Below are positions 50,651 through 64,000 of a stretch of DNA of 64,000 nt, piece after piece. The number at the start of each line of letters is the position of its first letter. The stretch's first letter is position 1. Source of the DNA: Octopus sinensis (lineage: Eukaryota); assembly GCF_006345805.1 (NCBI RefSeq), contig NC_042997.1, positions 188,480,001-188,544,000 of the forward strand, written 5' to 3'. The notes beneath the pieces were generated by a model, which saw nothing but the letters and a program-made list of their open reading frames with translations, made no database searches and was not told the DNA's origin. The position numbers were made by a program, and so were the translations under genes.

Positions 50651-53600
50651 AGTAATACTACTGTTTAGAGAGAAAGAAGTGTTGATGATGGTGGAGAAAA
50701 TTTTTATTTATTTATTTATTTATTCTTTTCTTTCTTTCTTTTTTTTTTCTTTTATTACATTTTTATTATTCTTGTTGATTTGTTTGTTACTTTCTTTTTC
50801 ATTTATTCTTCCTTTTCTATAGTAATCAGTATGATAGCTGACAGCTACTAGCCAATGGGTTGACATCAGAATGGTGAACAAAGCTATTTAGAGAATCACT
50901 GAGTGAATGTCAAAACATTCTTGATAATGGTTAAATGTTTAGTGAGTCTTTCTCTTGTCTGCAGCTAGCAATTCTTCATTCAGATTCCAATTTTGTTCTC
51001 TCTTCCTCTTCTCTCAGCCAGGGAAAAGCAACCAGGCTTGAGCTGTTACTACTTGCAATTCATGATTTATGAGAAATTCTCTCCTTTTGATTATTTAAGT
51101 TATTTTTCTCCTTTTCTTTAAATATCAAGAAGTCAACATTTCACATTGAATTTTAATTCATTTGATTTGTTTTTAAAGCAGGTATACTGCTAAAGCATTG
51201 TTTTCCTATCAAGTTTTGGTGTCTTCTATTTAGTAATAATAAATTATTTTATTAAACAATGTAAATATTTCTTTGTCATACAAAACAGTATCGTTCCTTT
51301 CTTCTGCTTTGGACAATTTTGATTTTATTATAGGATAACATTTTTGTATAGGAAATGAGGCATTACATATTTATAGATGCTTTCTCCCAAATTTAAAATT
51401 TAATAGATTTTGAAAAATTATAAATCAGATGAATTTAAAATTCAAAAGTTCATAGTGATCAAACATAATTGAACATGAATTCTGAAGGAATTTTTAATGT
51501 AAAGATAATCAAGAAATTTAAACTGCAATACAAATATGTATTTAAAATATTTGAGTTTGAAATCAGAATCTTCCAAGAGCATTAATAATATGTAAAGTGC
51601 TTTGATAGAAATGATTTTAAAGCAAAGCTAATTACATCCTCTTTTCATAAAAAATAGTGATACATGTGAGATGCCAAACTATGACAGTTTACATGGCTTT
51701 AGATATTGGGTGTTAGGAATCAGAAAATAATCTAAGGTTTGATTTTTGTCAAAGACACCTCTAACATATTGAATTCCGACAGCCGTCTGCTTTATCCTAA
51801 TTATGATTTCAAACATCATAGTCATTAGTTTTTAAGTTCACTTTTCCGTGAATTATACAACTCTGTAGTTTATCGTTTCTTCTCTTGTCCTGGTTATTGT
51901 CCAACTAATAATCCATGCTCATCTTGGACACTTTTGTTTTTGCCTATCATGAATTATCCAATTGCATATCTTCAGGCCACATCAAACAATCCAAATCGGG
52001 TCTTTTTTTCTTTTTTCTTTTTTTAAATGTCTGATATCCAGTTCACCTCTGACTTTGGTTTATGTCAATCCATTTCAACCTACGCTTTTGACCCACTTTT
52101 CTCATCAGCTTATGGTAGTACCCCCCCCCCCTCTACACACACACATATACAAAACACACTTTTTAACAGTATATACCGCCCATTTTTAATACATACATCT
52201 AATAAGCAATGTATGCATGCATGTGTGTGTGTGTGCGTTTGCTTGTTTATTTATATATTTATTTAGTGGATCCTTCTTTATCTCATGCCAAAAAATATAT
52301 TTTAAACTTTATTGCCCAAGTAACTAACTCCTGAATAACATCAAACCTCCAACACGAGCAACACATAACTTGCTTTTCAATGTTAAGGGTTCCTGAACTA
52401 TTTCCAACCTCTTCACAGTTACCAGTTATTCTCCAGAAATCTTATCTATCATCTCCAGTTAACAATCATTACAATCCAAGGTCTAATATACTATGTTGTG
52501 AAGTCAACCAAGTTATTCTAGTGTCTTTAGTACATTTAAAATAAATGTTGATTCATATCTGATTAATGTGTGTGCTGCCATTAGCTCTAAAGCCTGTAGC
52601 AGTACACTGATCATCAAAGACCTTCCTTATTCTAAAAATATATAAAAATTATTCAATATGATTATTTCCAATATGATAAGACATAGTCTATAGATGTTAA
52701 CTATTAGCTCAGATGAATTTCATGTCCCTATCTGAGGGTATTGCTAAAACTTACAGCAGCAATCTCTCAAAGACATTAATAGAAAAACAAAACAAAAATA
52801 CTTATTCTACAAAAAAAAAAAAAAGGCAGTGTGTCAAGTGTATTGAAGCATGGGGGATAAAAATGTTAAATATTTTTCTCAATTTAACTTCACTTCTTTC
52901 TTACTGATAATATACATTCTGCCTTTTTGCACATAAATATACTTCAGATGTCAGAAGGAACAAAAGTTCTGTCTTTTAAAAGCCAATTTTCTCTAGTTTC
53001 AATCTCTACATTGTGATCTTGACAAATGAAAATTTTCCTTTTTCTTTTTTTCACCATTTCCATCATAGATAGATAAATCACTATTTTTCAGAAGAGCATC
53101 GGTTGTACTACTAGCTTAAACTATCAGATCTTTTGTACTGTGGATGAAAGCTATTTTAAGGCAGCTAACTAGATATATAGCTTCCCTTCATGTGCATATA
53201 TTGATTGCACAGTACAGAAGTTTTATGCATTTCCCTTTTTGCTTTCTTCTTTTTTTTCTTCTTTTCCAGAGAGTGAGTCAAAGCAATCTTCACTTTGTAT
53301 AGCTTAGCAAAGATTATAACAGCTAATATGTTTGTTGTTTTCATATTTCCCAGTAGGTTTGCTTAGGTTCAAGCTTTACTTTTATACATCTTGACCTATT
53401 TGAAGACAAGATTACCTGCATGCAACAAAGAAGAAACATTCAAGGATGTTCATATAACCTTGAATTGAATCTATTTATGTTGTATTATCATTATGATTAG
53501 TGGATAATAGCACCAAGTTAAATGCCTTACAGTATTTAGTTTTGTTTCTCTACATGCCTTCAGCATTCACTTTCATCTTTCTTAGATATTACAAGTACTG

Positions 53601-54039
53601 GGTCAAGCCAATGAAATATATCCCTTCCTTTCAAATCTGTGGCCCTAATAAAGTGAGGAATTACTGTGCCAATGCTCCTTCCACTGCTGCCACTGTCACT
53701 GCCATTACCTCCACCACCCACAGTATCATCAATATCTTCTTCAACATTATTATTATCATTATTGTATCAACTACACATCTTATATAACAAAATAATGAAC
53801 TTCCCTCTCTCTCTCTCTCTCTCTCAAATTTTAAAGGATTGTTTACAATGTTGTCAAAAGTTTCAAAACAAAATATCTTTTATAGATTTAGCCATGAAAG
53901 AATCTTAGACTGTTAAGTGAAATAATTACTTGTGACACTAAATATGTAAGTATTTCCTTAAGAATAGATTTAGGGAAATGGTGGGTTGCAGAGCTTATTT
54001 TCTTCTTCTTTAACCTTATGCAAGATATGTTATTATCCT

Positions 54040-54510
54040 TGCACACGTTCAGTCCCCTACTGGACGAAGGCCTCAATATGTTCTCTCCACCAACCATGGT
54101 CTAATGCTTTCCTAATCCATATTTGGATACTGAAGAATTTAACAAAATCTTCATTCCATTTTTTACATGGTCTTCTCCCCTTTTTTTTCTGGACATGGTG
54201 TCCACTCAGTCAATTTACTATTCCATCTATTGTCCTTTCTTCTAAACACATCCCACAAAAGACCGTTTCAGAGATTTTATTTCCCCAGATAATATCCATT
54301 AAACTTGACACTTATCCTGTTGTTTCTTCACTTATCCATTCTGTTAGTCTTCAGCATTCTCCTTTCCATGGCTCTTTGTGGTTGATCTCAATTTATTTGC
54401 AATGCCCTTGTTTGTATAATCCATGTTTCTGATGAGTGTGTACAAGTAGGCAGCACACATTGGTTCAAAACCTTTCTTTTCAGAGACATGGGCAAATTAT
54501 TGTTCATGAT
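54040..54510 (-). mobile_element. RTE LINE ORF C-terminal fragment
   Basis: NLPMSLKRKVLNQCVLPTCTHSSETW...QRAMERRML...RRKDNRWNSKLTEWTP, clear RTE-clade motifs with stops and frameshifts. Confidence 0.85.
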
Positions 54511-55612
54511 GTGATTCAATTTAACAAATTGAAAACAATTTACAAATGTACAAATATTAGAAAGAATAAAAGAATTCTCTGAAAACCTATATCATTCAAG
54601 AAGTTTCTCAAACAGTAAATTCAAAGGGAAGGGTCCCAGATATTTTGGAGGCAGAAAGAAGTTAGAGCTTATTTTATTTAGTTTGAATTCTGGCCATTAT
54701 GAGGTACTGGTGCTGAAATTTGTACGGTGTTGAAATAAATTACTATAATCAATAGGAAACTTTATGTAGCATGAGAAAACAAGGTAAAACAGTTGTTTCT
54801 AGACAGTAAGAATACATACAAAGAGGAACAGATATGAGAGATATACCCAAAAGAGAACAAAAGATAAAGTAGATTCATGTACAGTAATTAAGAGAGGGAT
54901 TTAAAAATAAAAAAAAAGATAAATAAACAAGATCATGAGTGACTAGTACATAAGAAATACAAGACTATCCCAAGTGGATAATGTATTTAATTCAAATTCA
55001 TAGATTGTTTCTGTACAAGGTTTTCAATCAAAGTCACAATATTTATTTAAGTACAACACATACTGTTTTGAAACACTAGCACAACCAATAGCAGCCACAG
55101 TAGAAGCTGTAGTAAACGAACAGGTTAACAAATGCGCATGACAAGAAAGAAAAATATCAAGTTAAACAGAGTCGGAGGGGATTTTGACTTTAAAACTTTC
55201 AGGATAGAATAAAGAGAGTTTGAAAAGCATAGTGAGATTAGGGTCTAATTTCCAAGGAACAACATTTGATGATAAAAAGGCATAATGTTATCAGGCTTTG
55301 TGGTACTGTGGAAGGGAGCATTTGAAGAATAAGGCAGCTGAAGAAATTGAGCAAGCATATTATCAAAGGCATTCCAACCATAACAATTGCATCTTTTTAA
55401 ACTGAACAGCAACAGGTTGATAGAGAGAAGAGACACTCGAGCAAAGGGGTTCCAAAACACCTCAAATAGTTTTGGTGAGGAATTTAGAGGAGAACCAGTG
55501 AAAATGTCAAGCAGATCAGATAAGTTTAAATGGTAATATCATAAATATGGAAATATTAAGAGGAATAGAGGATACTATAGTAGTGGTAATGATACAGTGT
55601 TCCCATATTTAA

Positions 55613-56175
55613 CCCTTTGGCAATTAAACCAGCCATGTCCAGTTCAAATATTCTACCTGTTTTATGTTCAAACCAGCCAGGTCTAGCTTCTCACATCTAC
55701 CTTACAATGTCATTCTATAAATGATCACATCATTGAAATCTTGAAACTACAAGATAATGGATTCAAAACAATGTGAATAAATATAGGCGCAAAAGTGGCT
55801 GTGTGGTAAGTAGCCGGCTTACCAACCACATGGTTCCGGGTTCATTCCCACTGTGTGGCACCTTGGGCACTACTATAGCCTTGGGCCGACCAAAGCCTTG
55901 TAAGTGATATATATGCATATGTATGTGTGTGTATATGTTTGCGTGTCTTTGTTTATTCCCCAACATCGCTTGACAACCGATGGTGGTGTGTTTACGTCCC
56001 CATAACTTAGCAGTTTGGCAAAAGAGATCAATAGAATAAGTACTAGGCTTCCAAAGAATAAGTCCTGGGGTCAATTTGCTTGACTAAAGGCGGTGCTCCA
56101 GCATGGCTGCAGTCAAATGAGTGAAACAAGTAAAAGAGTAAAAGTAAATAAGCATTACATTTGACAAAGTAATCT
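55613..56175 (+). mobile_element. piggyBac-like MITE interrupted by a family C SINE (55784-56144)
   Basis: TTAA|CCC left end; host sequence gtgaataaata|agcattac is intact at about 3945; SINE flanked by taaata. Confidence 0.75.
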
Positions 56176-57839
56176 GGGGAAGAACTTCTCTAAATTATCA
56201 GTATTTTTCCTGAATGCTGTTTAAAGTATGTGTATTATTTACATATCTTCTCAGAGTTAATGCTCACACTTCAAATCTTTCATTTGAAATTAATAAGGAC
56301 TTTTTTAGATTGGCACAAGATCACAAATTTGTAGGAGAAGTGAATAGTCAGTTGTACCTGAGTACATGACTGGTACTTATTTTATAGACTCAAGAGAGGT
56401 GAGAGGCAGAGTCGATCTCAAAAGGATTTGAACATAGAGATGGATCCAAACACTCTAAATTACTTGGTCAGATAGTCTGCCAGTTCTCCAAATATAATGC
56501 TTTAATTTAAGATTAATAATAATGCTGATTAATTAAGTCAATAAACACTGGGTCCATAAGTTCAGTTTCAGACCTTCATACAAATAAATGCTGCTTGTAT
56601 TTTCAAAGAGGAACAATTATTATATAATTTGCTTCAGTTAATGATGTCCAAAAACTGGGTGCTAGTTCAACTTCATTATAGAATGGCTGGAACACATAAG
56701 ATATCCCTTTTTTTTTTCCATATAAACAATTATGAACAATATCTTTGGATACAACAGAGTAGTTAAATAGGTTAATCAGCAATTAATTTGAAACACATGC
56801 TTCAAAAATATTGCCTGATTAAATTTGTAGACATAAAATTTGAGGAAAAAAAATATATCAGCTGACATTACTGTAGAATTATGTCAAATGTTTGCATAAA
56901 CTATTTTGGAATGCTTTTCAGAAATTTGAAAGATTGAAAAATATAGTTGATTATATTAAGATTATGACAGTTATATATCAATTTATGTCGTGGTCAGACA
57001 TGAACAATGTTTGTTACCTAGAGTGATCCATATATAATTGGTAATTGACAGATTTCAATTACTAAATGTGCTGCTAGTGGTAGTAATGATTAAGGGTAAC
57101 AAAATCAAACAGGTGTAGAAGAAGTAGGATCTGAGTTGGAGGAAAAAGAAAAAAGAGATCAGGGGTACTAGGAATATTAAGGGATGCATTGGGATGGAGA
57201 AAGAAAGAACACATTGAATATCATTAAGGAAGATGAATATTTTCTATTCTGCACTGATGGGATTCGTCTTAGGAGAAATAAACATAGAAGTACAATTACC
57301 TAGAGTGTGAAAGGTTTGATATGTTGTTAAGGTTTTATATAAGAACTGAAGCAATGAAAGAGTTGATGTTGCGTAAATGTTATTCTATTTTATCCTTCTG
57401 AAAACTGATTGAAGTTGAAGTATTTGACTGTTCAATGCCATCCCTGACAGACAAGTCTGTGAGCTAGTTATGGTTGAACTGGGAAGTGGTCTATGCTCTT
57501 GAGAATGGTTTGAGTGTCATATATTCTCCTTCCTTTTTGTAATAAGTTTGTGGCTCTGTGACTCAAGAAATCGTTATGATTAATATAGAAAAATTATAAA
57601 GAAATATTAAGTTTCTCTAAGTATTCTAAACAAAATTTCTGGCCAAATAAACAGGATTTTTACAGAATGCAGCAGATGTAAAAATAATGAATTCTCGTTT
57701 TTATATACTGGCACAAGGACACATATTTTAGGTTAGTGTGGTTATATAAATGAATTCCAGAACTTGATTAGTACTTATACCAACAAATTTGAGAATTTGC
57801 AGTAGAATTTCAATTCCAATTATAAAGTTATTTAAGTAA

Positions 57840-58250
57840 ATATTGGTTTCAAATTTTAGCACAAAATGGTAGTTTTGAGGGAGGAGCTAAGTCGATTACA
57901 TCAACCCCAGTGCTTAAATGGTATTGATTTTTATCAACTCTGAAATAATAAAGGGCAAAGTCAATCTTGGCAGCATTTGAACTCAGAATGTAAAGTCAGA
58001 AGAAATCCTGCTAGACATTTTATGCAGTAACATTGGTTTCAAATATTGGCACAAGGCCAGCAACTTCAGGGGCAAGCATAAGTCAATTACAGCCGCTCCA
58101 GTGCTAAACTGGTACTTATTTTAATGACTCCAAAACGATGAAAGGCAAAGTCAACCTTGACGGAATTTGATCTCAGAATGTAAAAGACCGAATAAACTGC
58201 TGCTAAGCATTTTGCCCAGCATGGTAATGCTTCTGCCAGCTCAGTGCCTT
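57840..58250 (-). mobile_element. Two tandem family B SINEs (tail B)
   Basis: ttggtttcaaat.ttggcacaa...gaactcagaatgtaaa occurs twice. Confidence 0.8.
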
Positions 58251-59939
58251 ATGCAAATAAATATTACAAAGCATAATGTAAAGCATTCTAATGACTGCCA
58301 GTCTACTTGCCCTTAGATATAATAAATTTTAACCTTTTTCTATTGCTACACACTGTTTTAATGTGCCCAAATCAAATAACACCTTTCAATAAAACAGTAC
58401 TTATTATAGTAATATGTGTGAATTTTGATCTTCATAAATACAACTGCAAGCAATTACTATTGTCCAACCGATGTCAGCAGTCCAACCCATGCTGACATGG
58501 AAAACAGACGTTAAATGATGATGGTGACGATGAAAATGATGATTATAATTACCAAATATGTTACGATAGATAGTAAAAAAGAAAATGGTTATTTTTATTA
58601 GTATCAACATCTTTGTCATCTCAATTATAATGATTTTAGTCGGGCTTTATTATGTGGGAGGTATTTAGTCATATGGATATATATATTTTTTTAATAGTTA
58701 CTCATTCAAACAGTACCTTATTACATATCACTTGCATTTACTGGCAAATAATGATTGTCTTTCACTAATGGCAAACAATTTAGAAGAAACTTTTCATAAA
58801 TATATAAAAACTATATATCTATGTATGTCACAATATCTGAGCAACAATTTGTGGTTACACTGATTTACTTCAACAGAGAGAGAGGGAAGAGAAACAGAGA
58901 GAGAGAGAGAACTTGTCTAGAACATAACATTGTTTTGACCTGTTTTTGGTCTACTTTTTATACGACACTCTTTGCTTCAATATGGAAGCCTTTTTCTGAA
59001 GTAATTAATATCAACAGACTGTAAACATATTTAAAGACAGCTTGAAATAGTGGGAATAAATCTTCAGCCAATTAATATTTAGCATTTAACAATGCTATAT
59101 TCATTATATATTCATTACGTAAATGATTAACTGACTGAACTGAACGACTTGAGCACATCAGTATGAATGTGTTTACAAACATACACACACACATATATAT
59201 ATACACAAATGCATACTCAGGCAGACAAACATATACACACACACACACTTAACATTCATACACATGTGCAATTCTTTTTGAATGAAATAAGAGAAAGAGA
59301 GCTGATGGTGGTGGAGGGAAAATAAATGGAAGGGAACATACATATTTTCACTTAGGAGGGAAAGATGCAACACTTGACCTAATGGATTGATACAATATAG
59401 GTCAGCTAAGTATAACTCAGACTGAGTTCACTACAGAATCAGATTAGTTTCTCTTGCTAAAGATTAACACTATATTAATTTCTGAACTATGGATTAACAT
59501 ACATAAGAGAATTATGCATTGTTACATTATGAGAAGTTTTTTTTTTTTTGTTGTTGTTGTTTTTTAATAGTAAACAATATAGGAAAAGAATTATGTATAT
59601 GAAAGTTTTTGGGTTTTTTTTTGTTTTTTTTATCTAGTTTCAGCTCACAAGCTGTGGCCATGCTGGGGCACCGCCATTTGTTGGATTTTTTTTTTTTCTA
59701 CATTTACATTTTTTTTTTTATCATAGGTTTAGCAAAGGTTTGATAGTTCAACAAATTTCAAGGTTTACTTTGAATTACTAGAGTAAGTTCACCTAACATT
59801 ATATATCTGTACATTTGACATGATTAATTAATCACAAGCATAGCATAAATTAACTGGATTATTAACTTCTTTCATATAGTTCACATAGACACAACATTTT
59901 AATTGGCATACACAATTGTTTTCAGACCTCACATTTACA

Positions 59940-59940
<1 letters not shown>

Positions 59941-59982
<42 letters not shown>
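59941..59982. repeat. (CA)n microsatellite
   Basis: Directly visible. Confidence 0.95.
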
Positions 59983-59983
<1 letters not shown>

Positions 59984-60229
59984 CCCCATGTTACAGTCAC
60001 CTCAGGTTACATGATTTAGCGCTTATGGGAGTTGTAAAAGTATGACCCACTTATTTTGGGGATACAGTGTGTAATTTCATTCTTATGGAAATAAGGATAA
60101 ATTTAGAGAATCTAAAAACTACATGTTCATCTTGGCATTTTGACTAAGACCAAAGTGGTTAACAATTTCAAAAGCTAGGACCATGATGCCTTCATAAACA
60201 TACATACGCATAGACATATATCATATAGG

Positions 60230-60590
60230 TGTAGTATGTGGTAAGAAGTTTTCTTCTCAACCACATGTTTAGGGTCCCACTGCATGGCCCTTGGGCAAGT
60301 GTCTTCTATAGCCTTGGGCCAACCAAAGCCTTGTGAGTGGATTTGGTTTATAGAAACTGAAAGAAGCTCATTGTGTGTGTGTGTGTGTGTATGACCACTA
60401 GTTGACAACCGGTGCTGGTGTGTTTATGGCCCCGTAAGCTAACAGTGTGGCAAGACAGACCTATAGAATAAGTATCAGGCTGTACAATAATAAGTACTGG
60501 AGTCGATTCATTCGACTAAAGTTCTTTTAGATAGTGTCCCAGTATGGCCACAATCTAATAACTGAAACAAGTCAAAGTAAAAGATATATA
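60230..60590 (+). mobile_element. Decayed SINE family C
   Basis: ccttgggcaagtgtcttctatagcc...gccttgtgagtggatttgg. Confidence 0.8.
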
Positions 60591-60815
60591 TTATATGTAA
60601 TGTGTGATTGTGTGTGTGTGTGTGTGCAAGTGTTACTTTTGTTTTTTTTTTGGGGGGGGTGAATGTGTCCATTAATTACACTGACCTCAGTACTTGATTT
60701 GTACTTTATTTATCAGCCTTGAAAAGATGAAAGGCAAAGTTGACCTTAACAAGATTTGAACCTGGAACATGAGATATTTTCCCTAACACTCTTATTCTGC
60801 CAGTTTGCCAACTTA

Positions 60816-60855
<40 letters not shown>

Positions 60856-60874
60856 CAAAATTGCTGATGTGGCT

Positions 60875-61190
60875 GATGACAGTTCCGCCTGATTGGCACT
60901 CATGCCAGTGGAACATTAAAAGCACATCCGAACGTGATCATTTCCAGGGCCACGGATTGGCTCCCAAGCCGATGGCACATAAAAAGCACCATCCGAGTGC
61001 CACATTAAAAGCACCCAGTACACACAGTAAAGTGATTGGTGTTAGTAAGGGTATCCAGTGGTAGGAACCAAGCCAAATCAGACTGGTACCTGATGGCAGT
61101 TCTCCAGCTTACCAACTCTGCTCAAATCGTCCAACCCATGCCAACATGGAAAACATACATTAAAGGATGACAATGATGGTGGTGGTGGTG
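60875..61190 (+). mobile_element. RTE-type 3' region
   Basis: taaaagcac repeats, then the ccaacccatgccaacatggaaa tail. Confidence 0.7.
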
Positions 61191-61587
61191 GCTTATATAT
61201 ACAAATATATATGTGTGTGCATGTGCACAGGCACACACCATTGGAACAGGACTGTACTCTCACAATAATTTATAATAAGCAGCTGGTTCAATGCTTTCAC
61301 TAATTCATATAAAAAAAAGATTGATTTCATGCCCTATTAAACAGATTCTGACTTAGTCTTTGTTAGTCTGTTGTTTACGCCAACAACACTGTTGTTGTCA
61401 GTTTCACTGTTGTAGGGATTGGAGAAATTCACAATACGGTGCACAATGTCCCACTTCCTTCAATTCTATTAGACCTGTCTGTTTGGTTGCAGTGTGTTTG
61501 TCCACCCATCAATGCTTGCTAATAACTGCTGTTGGTATGTTTGTGTTCATGTAACTTAGTGGTTCAACAAAAGAGACCAATAGAATA

Positions 61588-61789
61588 CTCTTTTACTTGT
61601 TTCAGTCATGTGACTTTGGCCATGCTGGAGCACCACCTTTAGTCGAGCAAATCGACCCCAGGACTTATTCTTTGTAAGCCTAGTACTTAAGCTATCGGTC
61701 TTTTTTTGCCGAACCACTAAGTTACGGGGACGTAAACACACCAGCATCGGTTCTCAAGCGATGTTGGGGGGACAAACACAGACACACAA

Positions 61790-61830
<41 letters not shown>

Positions 61831-62006
61831 CACACACACACGAAGGGGCTTCTTTCAGTTTCCGTCTCCCAAATCCACTCACAAGGCTTTGGTCGGCCCG
61901 GGGCTATAGTAGAAGACACTTGCCGAAGGTGCAACGCAGTGGGACTGAACCCGGAACCATGTGGTTGGTAAGCAAGCTACCTACCACACAGCCACTCCTG
62001 CGCCTA
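61588..62006 (-). mobile_element. Young family C SINE inserted antisense into an older family C SINE
   Basis: The host motif ccaatagaata|agtacc is split at 61587/62007. Confidence 0.9.
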
Positions 62007-62589
62007 TAAGTACCAGGCATAAAAATATAAGTACTAGGGTTGACTAAACCCCTGCAAGCAGAACCTCCAACATGGCTGCAGTCTAATGACTCAAACAAGT
62101 AAAAGATAAAAGATATATATATATTTATATGAGAGAGAAAGAGAGAGCAAGAAAAATAAAGGAGGGGTTACTTCTTCTCACTGCTTATCATAGAAAATAT
62201 GTCCCTAAACATCTCAATTTTTGTCTCTTGTTTTTAATAACTATTTTACTTTATGACAGACACCATAGATTATATACGGTTTGGTAACATTTTGGATAAA
62301 AGGTGAATAACCAACCATGCTACCACCAGCCACTTCAGTATGAAGAGTAGCCAGTACTCAGCTTTACAAAGCTTAAATGAGGTAAGTGCTACTGTCAAGA
62401 TATCTACTACTCACAAGTAATTTTCACACAGTGCTTGATAAGCAAAACAATGTCTGAAAAATTATGAAACTGGGTGGTAATTGACAACAAGTAGCCACTA
62501 GTTGTATTATATAAGTTTGTCACCTATAAATGTGCTACTTCATAAAAGTGCACCAGACTGCAAGACAATGCCAGCCTATATATAAATAT

Positions 62590-62620
<31 letters not shown>

Positions 62621-62789
62621 CATATACATACATGCATGCTCACATTCTCATACACACACATATAAATAATATCACTGACTTAAGCATAACTGTATATAAC
62701 AACCTAAACTCAAGTGCACACATTAGTAAAGTAATAAAGCTGCTATAACCCACTGAATATACTCATGGATCATTAGAACTTTCCAATTA

Positions 62790-63300
62790 AGAGATCCTGA
62801 TGATAGTATCCTTCTATTCTCTGTTTGCTAGGCCTCATCCTGAATACAGCTGCCTTTGGTCTCCCAATACAAAACAAACTATAATGGAAATTGGAACACT
62901 CCAGGGGTTAGTCACAAGAATTTTTAAAAAAGTCACATCACAAGCCTTGATTAGTGAGATTACCTCAAAAAGGGATCAAACCCTATTCTTTTCAACACTG
63001 CAATGAGCATTACATGATTTGTATGATGTAGAAAATATTCCATCAACATTGCCTAAATGATGCCTGTATCAAGTTTACAAGTTACTGAAGGCTAGGGTCC
63101 CATGCCACATGCTCCCCCTACAAAAATTGAGCTCACATGACTTAACAACATTGTAGTACAATTTGTTTACTTCGCCTGGTCCTGATTTTATTCAGCATTA
63201 CACCAAAAGGGAACTCAAAAAAAGAAAGCCACTCCCTAACATTCAAGTGCTATCTGGACAAATTCCTCCAAGAAATACACTGATACCTGAATATATTTTG
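62790..63300 (+). mobile_element. Decayed CR1-like LINE ORF2 C-terminal fragment
   Basis: YSLFARPHPEYSCLWSPNTKQTIMEI resembles LVRPHLEYxxxxWSP; FKCYLDKFLQEI resembles the CR1-group end motif. Confidence 0.75.
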
Positions 63301-64000
63301 AGAAAGATCTCTCTACTCAAGTGGTTATAGTGTCCTAAAACATCACTTAAAAGTCTACTCCAGGTGGTACTATTAAGTTAATAATGATTTCAAATTTTGG
63401 TACAAGGCCAGCAATTTCTGGGGGAGGGGATAAGTCGATTACATTGATCCCCAGTGTTCAACAGGTACTTATTTTATTGACTCTTAAAGGATGAAAGGCA
63501 AAGTTGACCTTGGTAGTATTTGAACTCAGAACACAAAGCAATTTTTTTCTTGACACAGTAATAATTCCACCAGTTTGCTTCCTTGTATTAAGCTAATAAT
63601 GACCAAAAGCTAAATTTGTATGTGTGTGTAAAGGGGAATCATTTAGATAGAATCCGGTTGTACATATTCAAAGAATCAGCAAAAACAAGTGGATGCAAAC
63701 TGGATTTGGAGAAACCCCAAGAGAAACAAAGGATGATAATGAACAAAGTGAGGGAAAGAAAAGGATAGATTCGATAAAAATTGGAGACTGGAAAACCCAG
63801 AACCTAAAGTTATGTACAAATGATAAAAAGGCCTTTATCCAGCAGTGGAAAACAACGGATGCTTTGATTGAGGCATGCATTTACGCACATATGCACACTC
63901 ACATACATGCAGTTTCAATACATTAACACATTGTCTTTTCTAGCCCCAACTTAACTTCTCATTTTAGGAAGTTTATCAAAATCTACATTCAGACATTGTG

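Noticed and set aside
53986-54432. 148-aa plus-strand ORF
   Set aside because: It is antisense to the decayed RTE fragment.

Overview
AT-rich, microsatellite- and retroposon-dense eukaryotic DNA. The repeat families (tRNA-headed SINEs, RTE tails ending in (GAT)n, TTAA-flanked MITEs) look like those of an Octopus/coleoid cephalopod genome; this is an inference from recalled repeat sequences, not a database result. I recognise no intact protein-coding gene, tRNA, rRNA or CRISPR array, and nearly all ORFs in the track are microsatellite or repeat translations. What the sequence does support: (1) at least four SINE/retroposon families in dozens of copies; (2) decayed LINE fragments of L1/Tx1, RTE, CR1-like and I-like type; (3) DNA-transposon derivatives with readable TIRs/TSDs (hAT, pogo/Tigger-like, piggyBac-like, an 8-bp-TSD MITE) and a Helitron-like insert; (4) a CpG-retaining, promoter-like domain at about 17.8-24.9 kb with minus-strand splice donors and a speculative signal-peptide-like start. 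The strongest observation is a SINE subfamily with 14-19 bp TSDs and no poly(A), whose 3' tail matches the 3' end of an L1/Tx1 LINE fragment in the same window, a candidate SINE-LINE partnership. There is also a local inverted duplication with an exact 43-bp templated copy nearby.
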